From the human T2T-CHM13v2.0 reference genome, Homo sapiens: a DNA stretch of 64,000 bases. How positions within the stretch are numbered: position 1 is the stretch's first letter; the number at the start of each line of letters is the position of its first letter. The position numbers and the translations under genes were made by a program. Of this stretch, positions 42,950-57,169 are shown one piece after another. The notes under the pieces are model-generated. The model was given only the letters and a program-made list of their open reading frames with translations. It did not search any database and was not told the origin of the DNA. The DNA is taken from assembly GCF_009914755.1 (NCBI RefSeq), contig NC_060938.1; one strand, 5' to 3'.

Positions 42950-43700
42950 TTCAATTTGAATTATTTATTTTTATTTCTTTCTTGAATTGCTATAGGACTT
43001 CTTCAAGGAATTTTTCTCAGAAAGAACACTATGAGCTTTTGGGTGTTTGAGAAGAGATTTTCTGTTGCCCTCATGCATAAGATGAAGAAGGTATTCTTGG
43101 GTAACAATCTTTTCCCTCAAAATTCTATATATACTATTTCCTATGTTCCAGTAATTCATGTGATAAAAAAGCAGTATGCTGAAACATCTATTTTTCCCTC
43201 CCTAGATAATCTCTTTTGTTTGTTTTTGGTTTTGCTTGAATGCAGGAAGAAGACTGCATTAGGCTGTATCTCAGTGTGAGAGTCTAAATACTAAATTTTA
43301 CTTGAAACCTAGTAGGTAGCTGAAGACTCAAGTATTTCTTTAAGTTTAGGACCTTTTTTTATTTTTTGTTATCTTTTCTCTACCTGCTCTCTCCTTTTGA
43401 TATTTTTATTATACCAATATTGGATCTGTTGGATTTTTCCTCTGTACCTTTTCTTTACACTCATATGGTTATGCTTGCATATTTTCCTCTGTGTTCTGGG
43501 AGAATTTCTCAACCTAATCATCTAATTTACCAATTCAATTTATTGCAAAATTCAATTTTCTCTCTGCTGCCTTTAAAACTTTTAATTTAAGGGTTATACT
43601 TCTGTTCTTATGGCAATATTTCCTAGGCTCAAATTATTATGTTTTTATAAATACAGTGTCCTCTCTAATCTTGTATTAAAATAATAAAAAGAATTGGTGA
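42950..43700 (-). mobile_element. Old L1M/HAL1 ORF1-region fragment
   Basis: Minus ORF GNSIYRILREK...HEGNRKS resembles the L1 ORF1p C-terminus; T-rich plus strand. Confidence 0.45.
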
Positions 43701-44587
43701 TTGACCAAAGACTTTTCTTTTTCTGATTTTTTTGGGGAATAAGTCCATTTCAAAGGGTCATTTCCTCTGATTGCCCTGACTGGCCCCCTTTATTTCAATA
43801 ATTTGAGTAATTATTTTAAAATTTCACAGGTCCAATGGTTTTTCCCTATTCATCCATTCCTGCAGCTCCTTGGTTGTATCATGTACTCTTTCTATCTTGC
43901 CTTCCGATATTTGCATATGATGTTACCTCTGAATAAAACACTCATCCTAGCATAACATTCAGTATAATACTACTAACAAATAGTAGTGCTCAATTAAAAT
44001 TTCAGTTCAACGAGTGACTGTCTACATTTTTCCTGTTTTGGAATTTAAAAGGTGGCTTCTCTGAAACTATAAGGATCTCTATTCAAGCTGTTTAGTTTTA
44101 GACAAAGAAGAATGAAAATTTTCAAATTTTTGTAGTTTTAGTTTTTCAAGATTGGCAATTGAATTTGTACCCTGAAGTTAGGAGCAAGCATATGTGAGAA
44201 AGTTTACTCCTGTGCTTAGTGGATGTTTTTGTGTGTCTGTTGTAGTCCTTTGTGCCAGCCCCTTCTCTGACTGGCAGAGCTTTCCTCAACAGGATCCTGT
44301 GGAAATGATGCCACTGTTTTACCTGACATAGTAGATCATAGCAAGGGTGAAATGCCTGGCCAGTTGTTCTGTGTGTAGTCAAGATCCAACTTCCCAAGGT
44401 CATTTGTAGGGTTCAGATTTGTTTCACACTGGCTTGAGCCCCAGTTACTCTGAGCTGGAAGATTATCTGGGTCCCTACTAAGGACATCCATCCACTGTTG
44501 CCAGATGAATCTTTCCTTCACATGTGTTGAATTGCAGCTAGGTCAGTACTTCTTTGAATCCATATTTTAAAGTGTTTAGTAAGGCTC

Positions 44588-45008
44588 ATATTAGTTTCCT
44601 AGGCTACCATAACAAATTACCACAACCTAGGTGACTTAAAACAACAGAAGCTTATTCTCCTATAGTTCCGAAGGCTAGAAGTCCAAAAGTAAGGTGTTGG
44701 CAGAATCATGCTCCCTCTTTAGCTTCTTGTGGGGGCCAACAATCCTTGACATTCCTTGTCTTTCAGCCACGCCACTCCAATCTCTGCCTCCATTATCACA
44801 CGGTTTTGTTGCCTGTGCGTTTATGTCCAAATATATCGCTTCTTATAAAAGCACCAGTGATTGGCTTATGGCCCACCCTAATCCAGTAGGACCTCGATTT
44901 AGCTTGATTGCATCCTCAAAGGCCCTATTTCCAAATAAGGCCGCATTCATAGGTATGTATGTAAGGACTTGAACACATCCTTCAGAGAGAGACAATTCAA
45001 ATCACAAC
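44588..45008 (-). mobile_element. MLT1C-like LTR
   Basis: tattagtttcctaggctaccataacaaattaccacaac...ggccctatttccaaataagg...caattcaaatcacaac. Confidence 0.85.
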
Positions 45009-45039
45009 GAAGTTTTAACAAAAATTTATAAAATAAGAG

Positions 45040-45529
45040 TGCTATGGTTTGGATGTGGCTCGTCCCTGCAAAAACTCATGTTGACATTTGACCCCCAATA
45101 TTGTAGCGTTGGGAGGTGGGGTCTAGCAGGAAGTAAATTCCTCATAAATAGATTAATGCCTTTCTTTTATAGATTAGGGCATCTCTCTCTTTTCTTTATA
45201 ATTATCCAGCCTCAGGTATTCTGTTATAGCAACACAAAACAGACTAAGACAAAGAATAGGTAGGATTAATTCCCAGGAGAGCAGGCTGTTTAAAAAGCAT
45301 GTGGCTTCCTTGGTTTCTTTCTCTTGCTTCCTCCCTCACCATGTGATCTTTTAGCACATGCCCACTCCTCTTCTACTTTCCATTATGAATGGAAACAGCA
45401 TAAGGCTCTCACCAGAAGTCATGCAGATGCTTCCCAGAATACAGAAGTGTAAGCTAAATAAGCCTCTTTTCTTCACAAATTACCCAGCCTCAGATATTCT
45501 GTTATAGCAACACAAAACAGACTAAGACA
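45040..45529 (+). mobile_element. MST-family (MSTB/C-like) LTR with an internally duplicated 3' terminus
   Basis: TGCTATGGTTTGGATGTG...ccagcctcagatattctgttatagcaacacaaaacagactaagACA. Confidence 0.85.
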
Positions 45530-46214
45530 GAGTTTCTCTTACTATACAGTAAGACCCTAAATCTAGTTTTTTGTAAACTGTATCTTATCAAAATTTCTGA
45601 AAGTTTCTGGCCTGATGATAGCATTGTTTTCTACTCTCCAGCTCTGCTGCAGATGTTGTCATAATTTCTTTGGCTGTCTTTAATGGAATTTGGGTGGAAG
45701 GAAGGAGAGTTAAGTATGTGCATCAAAATCACCATCTTAAAGTGAAATAATGTTACATCACAGTCTTCATTAATATTTTACTTATTGATAAATGTTAAAT
45801 GGAATTAATAATGGTCACTAGAAGAGAATAATGGTGCCATGGCTGTCAGCTATTAAGGAAATACAAATAAAATGATCAACGGTGTCAAAAATCTCTGCCT
45901 TGAGTCACCCCTGCAACAGCTCAAGGCACATTCTTTCCTTCCACTGAAGAGTAATCTTCCTCCAGAGAACTTGCCTATGTGCCTAGCTCAGAAAATATCT
46001 AAGAGTATTTCTCAAAAAGTATTTAACGTCTGTAAAAATGGAAAGATAATGTGCAGTGACATTTTCTAATTCTTCTTGTTGACGGGAGAAGGGAAGTCTT
46101 GAGGCACAAGTCGAACTTAGGGAACATCATAGAGTCAGCAGCATGGAAGAGGCAGAAGGCCTGGATGTGAGAAGAGATAAGGCGTATTTTCTGTGCCCAC
46201 CCATGACCAGGCGC

Positions 46215-46600
46215 TATAATGCTTATTTATCTTCACACAAGCCTGCAAGGTCAGTGGCATTAATTCTGTTTTTACAAATAAGGAACCAGGCTCAAAAGGG
46301 TTAATTTGCCCATGGTCATATAATAGGTAAGTGGCAGAAGTATGGGAGAGGAGATGGGTTGCTAATGTAGAAGTAAGTACTGGGCTGAGCAATGAGGTAA
46401 GACTCACACACCTCAGACTCAACTTTGGAGTAAGACATACTTCTTCCTATCTTGCCTCTGCCAAGTGGAAACTGACAGAGCAACTTTGAGCAAGTCATTT
46501 ATGTTCTCTGAGCCTCAGTGAACTCATCTGCAAAATGGGTATAATAATACCAACCTTAATGGGGTTAAATGAGACAAAATACACAATATCTGCTTTGAAG
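46215..46600. mobile_element. Two MIR fragments in opposite orientation (- ~46215-46345; + ~46480-46600)
   Basis: ttttacaaataaggaaccaggctc; ctctgagcctcagtgaactcatctgcaaaatggg. Confidence 0.7.
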
Positions 46601-47369
46601 CACATTAGTTCTACCACTTTCCCCACCCTAGAAGGAGAAATGCCCCTGAGGGAATTTGGGCCTGTCTAGTTTTATTTTATTGGTAATACCTTTTCTTTCT
46701 CAAGATACTTACCCATGCATTATCCTAGTCAACCCTGGTTAGGAAAATCCCAACACCCACCCAATCACTCTGGCAGGTGAAGGAATAATCTCAGGGGTCT
46801 TGAAAAATCCTCCCAAGGTCATAGGGCTCCCGCTGAAGCTGGGCTCCAGATCACCTGACTTCTGGTTACAGATGGATCTAATGGAGCAGTCCCTCAGCAC
46901 CACATTTGCTGAATTACAAAGTAGTGCAGCTGTACATCAAGGCCAAAAGCTATTAACAAGCTTCTGTGACAGCAATTTCAGGTTCAGTTTCTATTGACCT
47001 GTTAGTTGTCTGCTCCTGACTGAGGCATCAACTATCTCACCCTTTCTGTGTACAATGTGGAGTTTCAATAAGGAGCCAGGCAGGGACCATCCATCAGTGT
47101 CACCTGCTGTGTCTGGGGGCCCTCTTGGAGAGAGGAGTAGAAGAGAAGCAACATGGCCCACAATCCATCAGCTCATATAACATTTGAATTGCCACTCCAC
47201 AAGGACTCAGCTACATAACTTCCAATAATCATAAATTATTATAAATAATGTGGAATAAATCAAAATTATCAAAAATAATGTGAACGAAATAAAATTTCTA
47301 TAAGGTTTACTATCCATCATTATTTAATCTTCCATACTCAGGTCTCTATATCTATTACTTGATCAATCT

Positions 47370-47445
47370 TTCTTTCTCTTTCTTTGTTTCTCTGTCTCTC
47401 TCTGTCTCTCTCACACACACACATGCACACACACACATACACACA
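47370..47445. repeat. Compound (TC)n/(CA)n low-complexity repeat
   Basis: Read directly from the sequence. Confidence 0.85.
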
Positions 47446-48639
47446 TATAGTCTATATCAGGTTCAGGTTAGCTGGTATAAATTTATCTTGACTTTCACAA
47501 AAAGCAAGGCAAATGTTAAATTCTTCTCTCCATTTGAATCCAAATCAAGAATTTTCAAGAGCCTTAATACTAGGAGACAAGCTTCAGAATAATGCTCAGT
47601 TAAAAGGCTGCATAACCAGCCTCATTTCCATTGCAACATCTTAAGCTCTGGATTGTTAAACCTTCTGTAGTGGGAATCCTTTGCTTATTATTCCCCTCAT
47701 GTGCAGGCTGCATGATCAGCTTCTCAAATGTGAGCTATGCTTTATGCCAAGGTGATCTCAGGCTATTGCACACATTACGCAGATTTTGCATATGGGGGAA
47801 TAAATCTCAATGACCCTAAAATTGTTCCCTTATAATCAGTTTTCTTTCCTATAACTGTATCTCTCTGAGGACTGTCTGGGGCTTTACTACAACAAATAAG
47901 TTAATGTAGAAGAGAAAACAGATGGATTTGATTGCATTCTGGGGTTTTTATAAAGCAACTCATTTTGCAAAGTATTAAGTGAGGTTTTGTCTACAAATTC
48001 CCCAACAGAACGAATAAAGAAGGGGACTTTGGGTCTCAAAATAGCATGGAAGGACAATAATTAAGGTTCCAGCCAAGTGGCCTAAGAATCTAATCAGTGG
48101 CAATAAGATTCCAAATGCTATGCTAATTCTATGATGGTCACTAACTCGCTTTATGATCTTGTACATTTCAGTTAACAGCTCCACATTGGGTCGGAGTTTT
48201 CATATGCCTCACAGGTTTGATGTAAGAAATATCTATTCAAAGCGAATATGTTAGTTTTACTAGCCACTAAAGAGTTTTGTGCCATGTCCTAAAGAAAAGT
48301 TCAAGGCTCAGTTCAATTTAAAAATAAGAAATTGTCATCAACCAACCACTTTCATGATTCAAAACTATTTTAAATCTGATATTCTAGGGGTGAGGTTGAG
48401 TTTAGACTGGAAGGGAGAAATCCAAAATACCAGATCCCTTCTCTGAGAACTGTTACATAATGGGCCTTTGCATATATGAGTGTTTTCATGACCATTCTAC
48501 TTCCATGTCCCACTGCCCACACCCATACTGAGCTGTGTTGAACAGAGTACATACCTTACCCAAAGAGAACCCCAAATGGATATTGATTGAGATGGGGAAA
48601 CCAGACTCTGTCTCCTAGAAATTTGAAATTAAAAATCAA

Positions 48640-51600
48640 TGGGCCTTCATCATACATTGCTGGTGCGAATGTAAAAACCTACAGCCACTATGAAAAACAA
48701 TATGGCAGTTCCTTAAATAATTAAACATAGCATTACCATATGACTCACCAATTTCATTCCTAAATATAATTCCAAGAGACTTGGAAAGATATGTTCCACC
48801 AAAACTTGTAAACAGAGTTCATATCATACCCTGATACCAAAGCCCAAAAAGGATACTGTAAAAAGAGAAAATTACAGGCCAATATTCCTGATGAATATAG
48901 ATGCAAAGATCCTCAATGAAATACCAGCAAACCTAATTCAACAGCACATTAAAAGGATCACTCATTCCTGATCAAGTGAGATTTATCCCTGGATGCAAGA
49001 ATAGTTCAATACATGCAAATCAATAAATATGATACACTACATTAACCTAATGAAGGACAAAAGCCATGTGATCATCTCAATAGATGCAGAAAAGGCATTC
49101 GACAAAATTCACATCCTTTCATGATAAAAATTCTTGACAAATTAGGTATAGAAGAATTGTGCCTCAACATAATAAAGGCACAGCTAACCTCATACTGAAC
49201 AATGAAAAGTTGAAAGGCCTTCCCTCTAAGGTGAGGAACAAAACAAAGACATCCACTGTCACCATGTCTATTCAACATATACTAGATGTCCTAGCCTGAG
49301 AAATTAGGCAAGAAAAAGAAATAAAAGGCATCCAAATTGGAAAAGAAGAAGTTAAATAGTCTCTGTTTACAGACAAGATGATCTTATGTATAGAAAACCC
49401 TAAACACTTCATCAAAAAAGTTAGAACTAATCAACAAATTCAGTAAAGTTGAAGGATACCAAATCAACATATAAAAATAGTAGAATTTCTATACATTAAC
49501 AATGAACTATCCAGAAAAGAAACCAAGAAAATAATCTCATTTATGATAGCATAGAAAAACACTTACAAATAAGTTTAATCAAGGAAATGAAAGATGTGTA
49601 CACTTATAAGTATGAAACATTGATGAAAGAAGTTTTCAAAGATACAAATAAATGGAAAGATATACAATGTTCATAAGCTGGAAAAATTAATATCATAAAA
49701 ATGTCTATACTATCCAAAGTGATCTACAGATACAATGCAATCTCTATCAAAATTTCAGTGTCACTTTTCATAGAAATAGAAAACACAATCCTAAAATTCA
49801 TATGGAAAAACAAAAGACCCTGAATTGCCAGGCAATCTTAAGCAAAAAGAACAAAGCTGGAGGCATCATACTACCTGATCTCAAAATCTACTACAAAGCT
49901 ATCATAATCCAAACAGCAAGGTACTGGCACAAAAACAGACATATAGACCAATGGAATAGAATAGAGAGGCCATAAATAAATACACACATTTATGGTCAAC
50001 TGACATTTGACAAAAGTGACAAAATCATACAATGGCAAAAAGACAATCTCTTCAGTAAGTAGTGTCAGGAAAACTGGATATGCACAAGTAGAAAAATGAA
50101 ATTGGACCCCATCTCACCTCACAGGCAAAAATCAACTCAAAATAAATTAGACTTAAAGGTAAGACCCAAAACTGTAAAACCAGTAGAAAAAAAAAACAGA
50201 AAAGTTTCTTGATGTTGGTCTTGGCAAAGATCTAGTGGATAAGACCCCAAAAGCAAAGGCAACAACAGCAAAACTAGACAAATGGAACTGCATCAAACTA
50301 AAACTTTCTGCACAGCTGGGGAAACAATCAACAAAGTGAAGAGATAACCTATAGAAATGGAAGAAAATATTTCCAAACCACACATCTGATAAGGGGTTAA
50401 TATCCAAAAATACACAAGGAACACAAACAACTCAATAGCAAGAAAACAGATAACTTGATCAAAAAATGGACCAAGGACCTGAGTAGACATTTATCAAAAG
50501 AAGACACAAGTAGCCAACAGGTATATAAAAAGGTACTCAACATCACTAATCATCAGGGAAATGTAAACTAAAATCACAATGAGATATCATCTCACACCTG
50601 TTAGAATGACTATTATCAAAAGATGGAAGATAATAAATGTAAACAAGAATGTAGAGAAAAGGCAACTGTGTTATACTGTTGGTGGGAATGCAGATTGGCA
50701 CAAACATTATGGAAAACAGTATAGAGATTCCTCAAAAAATCATAAATAGATCTAGCGTATGATCCAACAATTTCACTTCTGGGTATAAATCCAAAGGAAA
50801 TGAAATCAGTATGTCAAAGAGATATCTATACTCCCATGTTCATTGCAGCATTATTCACAATAGCCAATAGATACAATCAACCTAAGTGTCCATCAATGAA
50901 TTAATGAATGAAGAAAAAGAAAACGTGTAATATATAATATATATATTACACATACACATACACAAATGGAATACTATTAGGCCTCAAGAAAGAAAATCCT
51001 GTTGGTTGAGATAATGTGAATGAATCTGGAGGAACATTATGCTAAGTGAAATAAGAGAAATTTCCAATTTTCCAACTTCTCTCAGTACAGAAAGATCATT
51101 ACCGCATGATCTCACTTGTATGTAGAATCTTAAAATATCAAACTCATAGTAGCAGAGAGTAGAATGATGGTTACCAGGAGCTACAGGGAGAAGGGTAAGA
51201 AATAAGGAAATGTTGGTTACGACATACAAAGTTTCGTTTAGACAGGAGGTGTACATTCCTGAGATCTATTGTATAGCATAGTGACTATAACTAATAATAA
51301 TGTAAATTATTATCATTATAGATTATAGCAATATAAATTATTATTTTATTGTTGTAATAATAAAAATTGCTAAGTCCATAGATTTTCAATGTTTTCAACA
51401 CAAAGATAAGTATGTAAGGTAATGGACATGTTAATTAGCTTGATTTAATCATGGCACAATGTATAACATATATCAATATATCATATTGTACACATAAATT
51501 TGTCATTTTTTAATTATAAATAAATATTTTTTTAAAACAATGTTCATAGCAGCATTATTGTTAAAAACCACAAAGTGGAAACAGCCCAAATGTTCATCAG

Positions 51601-52020
51601 CTGATGAATGAATATGCAAAATGTGGCATATCCATAAATGGACTATTATAATATTTAGCTATAAAAAGTAATGAAGTACTGTCATATACTACAACACAGA
51701 TGATCCTTACAACATTATTCTAAGTGAAATCAGTGAGACACACAAGGCCATATATTGTATTACACCATTTATATAAAATATCCAGAGGAGGCAAATTCAT
51801 AGAGACAGAAATTATATTAGAGGTTGCACAGGGTATGTGGTGGGGAGGTCATTGGGACTAGCTGCTAGAAGGTATGGGATTTCTTTCTAGGGTGATGGAA
51901 ATATTCTGGAATTAGGTAGTGGTGATAACTGGACAACATAACAAATATGCTAAAAACCAATGAAGCATACACTTTCAAATGGTGACTTATTTTATATGAA
52001 GTATATTTCAATTGTTTAAA
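48640..52020 (+). mobile_element. Older L1MB/MC-like 3' region (48640-48823 and 51535-52020) split by an L1MA
   Basis: catacattgctggtgcgaatgtaaaa...aaaacttgtaaacagagttcata resumes as gttcatagcagcattatt...ggtgatggaaatattctggaattagg. Confidence 0.8.
48824..51534 (+). mobile_element. L1MA (MA5-8-like), 5'-truncated, ~2.7 kb: decayed ORF2 RT to 3' UTR
   Basis: [17 protein letters not shown], decayed catalytic motif SLFTDKMIL at ~49360, L1MA-type 3' UTR; TSD AAACAGAGTTCATA (48810-48823) / AAACAATGTTCATA (51535-51548). Confidence 0.92.
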
Positions 52021-52355
52021 ATGCTATACTTTTTAAAAAGCAAAAAGATTAAGTCAGGTAGCTATGGACTCTAGACAAGGAACATCTTATAACTTAGAGA
52101 ACGAGGGTACAATTTGAGGGCATTCATGATGAGCCGTATACAAGCTAAGCAGAGAAAGTTTTCCTTGGAAACAGGGAAGGATTAGATACTCAAGACAGCA
52201 GCAGAGACAAGACAATTAGCAGCCCCTAGGAGGATGAAGCTCTCCAAGTCCTAGTATGGATCTTTGTGAGATCCAGCTGAACATCCTGCCCCTGAATACA
52301 TATACCCATACCTACTTAATAGATCCCTTATTTTTACTTAAGCTTATAAATTTCA

Positions 52356-52975
52356 GTTTGGAAATTTCTCAGAGAACTAAAAATGGAGCTACCATTTGAC
52401 CCAGCAATCCCATTACTTTTCCTTTATATATCCTAAAGGATTTATTTCCTTTATATATCCAAAGGAAAATAAACAATTCTACCAAAAAGATACCTACACT
52501 TGTATGTTCATCGCAGCAGTATTCATAATAGCAAAGACATGGAATCAACTTAGGTGTCCATCAACAGTGGATTGAATAAAGAAAATGTGGTATGCATACA
52601 CCAAGGAATACTATGCGGTCAAAAAAAGAATAAAATCGTGTCTTTTGCAGCAACATTGATGCAGCTTAGGCCATTATCCTAAGCAAATTAGTGAAGAAAG
52701 AGAAAAGCAAATATTACATGTTCTCTTATAAGTGGGAGATAAACATTGGGTACAAATGGACATAAATTTGGGAATAATAGACCCTGGGGACTCCAAAACA
52801 AGGGAGGAAGGGAAAGTGGCAAGGGCTGAAATACTTCCTGTTGGTACTATGTTCACTATATGGGTGATGAGATCAATGAAAGCCCAAACCTCAGCATCAC
52901 AAAATATACCATCATAACAAACCTGCACAAGTGCCCCCGAATCTAAAATTTCTTAAAGTATAAATGAGTAAAAAA
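52356..52975 (+). mobile_element. Older primate L1 3' end (L1PA15-16/L1PB-like)
   Basis: ctaccatttgacccagcaatcccattact; caagggctgaaatacttcctgttggtactatgttcacta; acaaacctgcac. Confidence 0.85.
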
Positions 52976-54584
52976 TACAAAAGGCAAAAGATGAAAAAAC
53001 AGACAACTTTTCTCTCAAAGTATAAAGTACTGTGATATATGAAAAGAGACAGGCTTGGTGAATATCCTCCCTAATAGCATCCATGAAAATTAACTTTAAT
53101 TGATTTGCTATTAAAATTCTACATCCATAACTACTTTGTATAATGATTTACTCAGTAAGGCTGATTTTGCGTCATGAGCTGGCAGGTGCATAGGTACATT
53201 TATAGAAGAGAGCATAATTTTTTTAAGAATGCTAGGGGATGCCTAAACTCGGCATCACTATTCACCCCTAGGTTCCTAAAGATGGTAATCTCTACATCTT
53301 CCAGAGACATGGTTTATGGAAACTAGTACTTGCAAAATCAAGATGTTGCCTGTGAGGTCATTGGACCTTGGCCTAAATCTAATTTGAATAATTACATTTC
53401 ATTCCACCCTGAGTCAGTAGAGGCTCCTGATTAATAATCAGCATTTGCTACATGCCAGTGAAGTGTTTGCTGCTATAAATAGACAGAGTTAACAATCTAA
53501 TTAACTATAGGAACTGGCAAGATGAACACTCAATTCAGAGAGAAAGATAGATGACAGTATTTTTAAGGTCTGTGAGCACTGAGATGTCCCTGACCCTAAT
53601 TCATTAGCAGTTATTGTCAAAGGTTACTCTGTTAACCCTCATTTTAAAAAAATCTCCTCCAAAAGCTGCTACCTTTTCTTCCTGGGGGCAGAAAATTCAG
53701 CAATAAATATTCTATAATGATACTACAGCACCTTGAGGCCCCTAAGGATAAAACATTACTGTCACTGTCATTCTAACACTTCCACCGACTGATAGTGTAC
53801 AGCCCTCAGACATGCCCATCCTCTATGACCAAGTGCCCTAACACTAGTGGCCAGGCAGGAAAAATTCTGCCATTGCCTTTTCACAATAGTGCTTGTTTCT
53901 CATGGAATTTATTTGATGCTTTCCTCTATCCAGTTGTAAAGAAATAAAATCCAGCATAGGGCAGGCCTCTGTGGGCAGAAAGTCTGTTCTATTAAATGAT
54001 TTATAATCTAAAGTTCACATTCTTATTTCAATCTGAGAGTATCTGAATTTGGTCTAATATTGAATTGAAATAAACATTTTGACAACAATAGGATTTCCAT
54101 CCTTTTTTTTCTTTCGTATTTCATTTGCAAAATGTGTCTCCTTCCGTTGTCTTGCTCCCCAATGGAGGATACCTGAGCCCTAGAATACCAAGCCAGCTAA
54201 GTTGTGATTTCACTGTTTAGCCAGTCTCTGGCCTTTACAGAGCATCTTAAAGGTAGGATCTTTGCTGTTCACACATTATCTAAATGCATACAGCATCCCA
54301 GTGGCTGTGAGCCCAGGTCCTGGGATTCACCTCTACATTTGGCCTTAGACTATATATTTTTCTCCTTTCTTATTGCCAAGCCTTTCTACTGAGTATTCCA
54401 TATCTGTTGCTTGGCCCTCTGCCTTCAATGCCGTGTCAAATGCCACCAGTGGTGTTCTAATGACAAAACTTTATTTCCGTGGGTTTATTGAAGTATTCTG
54501 CCACCATCGAACACCTTTTGTATTCTTGAAATTCTTCCTTCTCTTGGTTCAATAACATTTTTTTGTTTCCCTTAACCTTGATTC

Positions 54585-54728
54585 TAGGGCTGCCAGATTT
54601 AGCAAATAAAACTGCAGGCCACCCAAATTTGATTCTGTATAAATACGTATTTTATACTAAAAAATTATTTGTTGTTTATCTGAAATTCAAATTTAACTGG
54701 GTGTCCCGTATTTTATCTGATAACCCTA
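54585..54728. mobile_element. MER53 (hAT, palindromic MITE)
   Basis: TIRs TAGGGCTGCCAGAT...ATCTGATAACCCTA; ttatctgaaattcaaatttaactggg. Confidence 0.85.
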
Positions 54729-55139
54729 CTTGGTGATGATGTATTTCTGCCTCTTTCCCTCCAGGCTTTGGTCTTTGTTCCTATTATTTACTTTATTCTC
54801 ACTTGTCCCTCTCTGAATTTATCTTTTCTACCAGATTCATATCACTTTTAGATCACCTGTCTTTTTCCTCTGAACTCCGTAAACACATTCAGCAGTTTTA
54901 ATGCTTCCTTGTCACATATATTTTCTTCTATTGTCTTAAATCATTATTTGAATCTTTCCTGTGTTTATTAGTTATCACTGACACTTGATTTCACATTCCT
55001 GGAGGTGAGAATTCTTCTTTGTATCTCAAAGCCTATAGCATGGCTTCCATGTGTGAGCTGTCAACGAATATATGAAATTCCCATCTTTGTTCTCTACTCA
55101 TCATAGTAATCTCTCACATGTTTATGCAATGCTGCCTGG

Positions 55140-57095
55140 AAACCCTACTACTGCATTCCCTTAGTCTATTCACTCTCCCGTTCTCCCGAATGTCACACCT
55201 CTTTCCCTCCGCACTCTTAGCTGATGACCTTGCTTCCTATATTGCTGGAAAAACTGAACCAATCAGAGAAAAATTCCATGAGCTCTCACTTGTATAACAA
55301 ACAACCCACCAGTGTCTGCACCCACATTTTCTGCCTTCCTTTCTGTAACAATGGATCACAATAGAAAAGTGTGCCTTTCTAAGGCTGACTCCTCCCTTTG
55401 TTCACTGGATGTCTTCTCCCTCACTGGCTCAAGGGTATTACCACAGCAGTTCGCACTCTGTTTCCTTATGTAATCATGTTTCTTCTTTCTATAATACAAT
55501 TACCATTAGCATGCTTTAGCATTTCCCCTTTTAATGAGCAAACAAACCAACCTCCTTCTCCCTTAACATCAAATTACCCTCCAGCTACTGCACTATTTTT
55601 CTGCCCCTTTAATAACAAAACTCCTCCAAAGGGTGTGTACTTTGACTCCACTTTCTCTTTTGCTGTTTTCTCTTGAACCTACTGCCATCAGGATCTTTTC
55701 CCACCCACACCTGAACTGTTTGTGTCAAGGTTACTTATTAATTACCTCCAAATTGCCATACTAAACAGAAACAACTTAGACTTCACCTAACTCAGTCAGT
55801 CAGCAGTATGTGAACTGCGAGCATTGCTTTAGCAATCATCCCTCTCTCTTCTGTGTAATAAGTTTTGAAACATTCTTCAAATGGCATCTTTCCTCAGCTT
55901 CTACATCACCACTCCCTTTTGGTTTTCCTTCTTTCTCATTAGCTGCTCCTCCTCAGTCTCTTCTGCCCATTACTTTTCATTTTCCTGATCCCCAAAAGGA
56001 GGAATGCTCCAGGGCTCAAACCCTGAACCTATTTTAAAAATCTATACTCACCGTCTGCTGATCTCATCCAATCTAATGGACTTAAATACTTTGTATATGC
56101 TAATGACTCCCAAGATTTTATCTCTATCCTGGGCCTTTTCCTTGAACTCCAGACTCATATTTCCATTTGTTTACACAACATCTCTACTTGGAAGTCTATG
56201 ATAAATCTCAAACTGAAATGTCCAAAACTAAACTGGTTTCCCCACCCTTATCCCAAACCTGCTTCTCCCACCTTAATAACTCTTACATCTGTTGTATTAA
56301 TAGTTGCACATATCAAAACTCTTGGAGCCATTTTGACATTTCGTTTTCTCTCACACCCCACATCCAAATTAGTCATAAAATCCTGTTAGTTCTACCCTCA
56401 AAATGTATTCGGAATCTGACCATCCTCACTAACTCCATCTCTTGCCTACATTATTATAACAACCTTTGCCAACTTCCATCCTTTTCCCTCTCCCATCTAT
56501 TCTCCACACTGCAACCATAATGATCCTTTTAAAACATATCAGGTCATTCCTCTGTGCAAAATCCTCCAATGGCTTCCTATCTTGTAGTAAAAACCAAAAA
56601 CTCCTGTCGTTGGTCTACAAGGTCCATACAAGGGCCATGTGATAGGGCCTCCTATAACTTTCTGACCACCAATCCACCCCTCTTCCACACTGGCTTCCTT
56701 GCTGTTTTTTGAAGGTCTCAAGAAAACTTTCACACTTTTTATTTGCTATTTCCTTAGCCTGAAATAATCTTTCCCTAGATACCCATCACTTCCTTCACAG
56801 CTCTACTCAAAAGTCACCTTATCACAGAGGCCTTTCCTGACTACCCTATAACATCCTTCTTCCCCTTCTCCCACTCCGTAATTCCCATCCCTACTATTCT
56901 GCTGAATTTTCTCCTTGGCAATTTCATGTCAAGATAGAAGTTTGTTTTTTTACTATCTATTTCCCCGACTAGAATGTAAGCTTTGCCTGAACAGGGATTT
57001 GGTCTGTTTTGTCACTGCTATAAGTCTATACCTAGACCCATGCCTAGCCCCTGGCAAGCATTCAACAAATATTTTTGTGTACATAAATAATTGGA
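55140..57095 (+). mobile_element. L2a, ~2 kb 3' portion
   Basis: gctgatgaccttgcttccta, atgctaatgactcccaa, aaaatcctccaatggcttcc, ccccgactagaatgtaagct...gcattcaacaaatatt. Confidence 0.9.
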
Positions 57096-57169
57096 ACTGT
57101 ATACTGAATACATTAATCTTTCAGCTGAAGGGTTATAAAAGATTCACATGCTTAAGTATCAGAAAACCA

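Noticed and set aside
54585-54728. MER53 hairpin as a miR-1302-family precursor
   Set aside because: The central TTGGGACATACTTAT segment that yields the mature miRNA is missing here and in the 22.5-kb copy.
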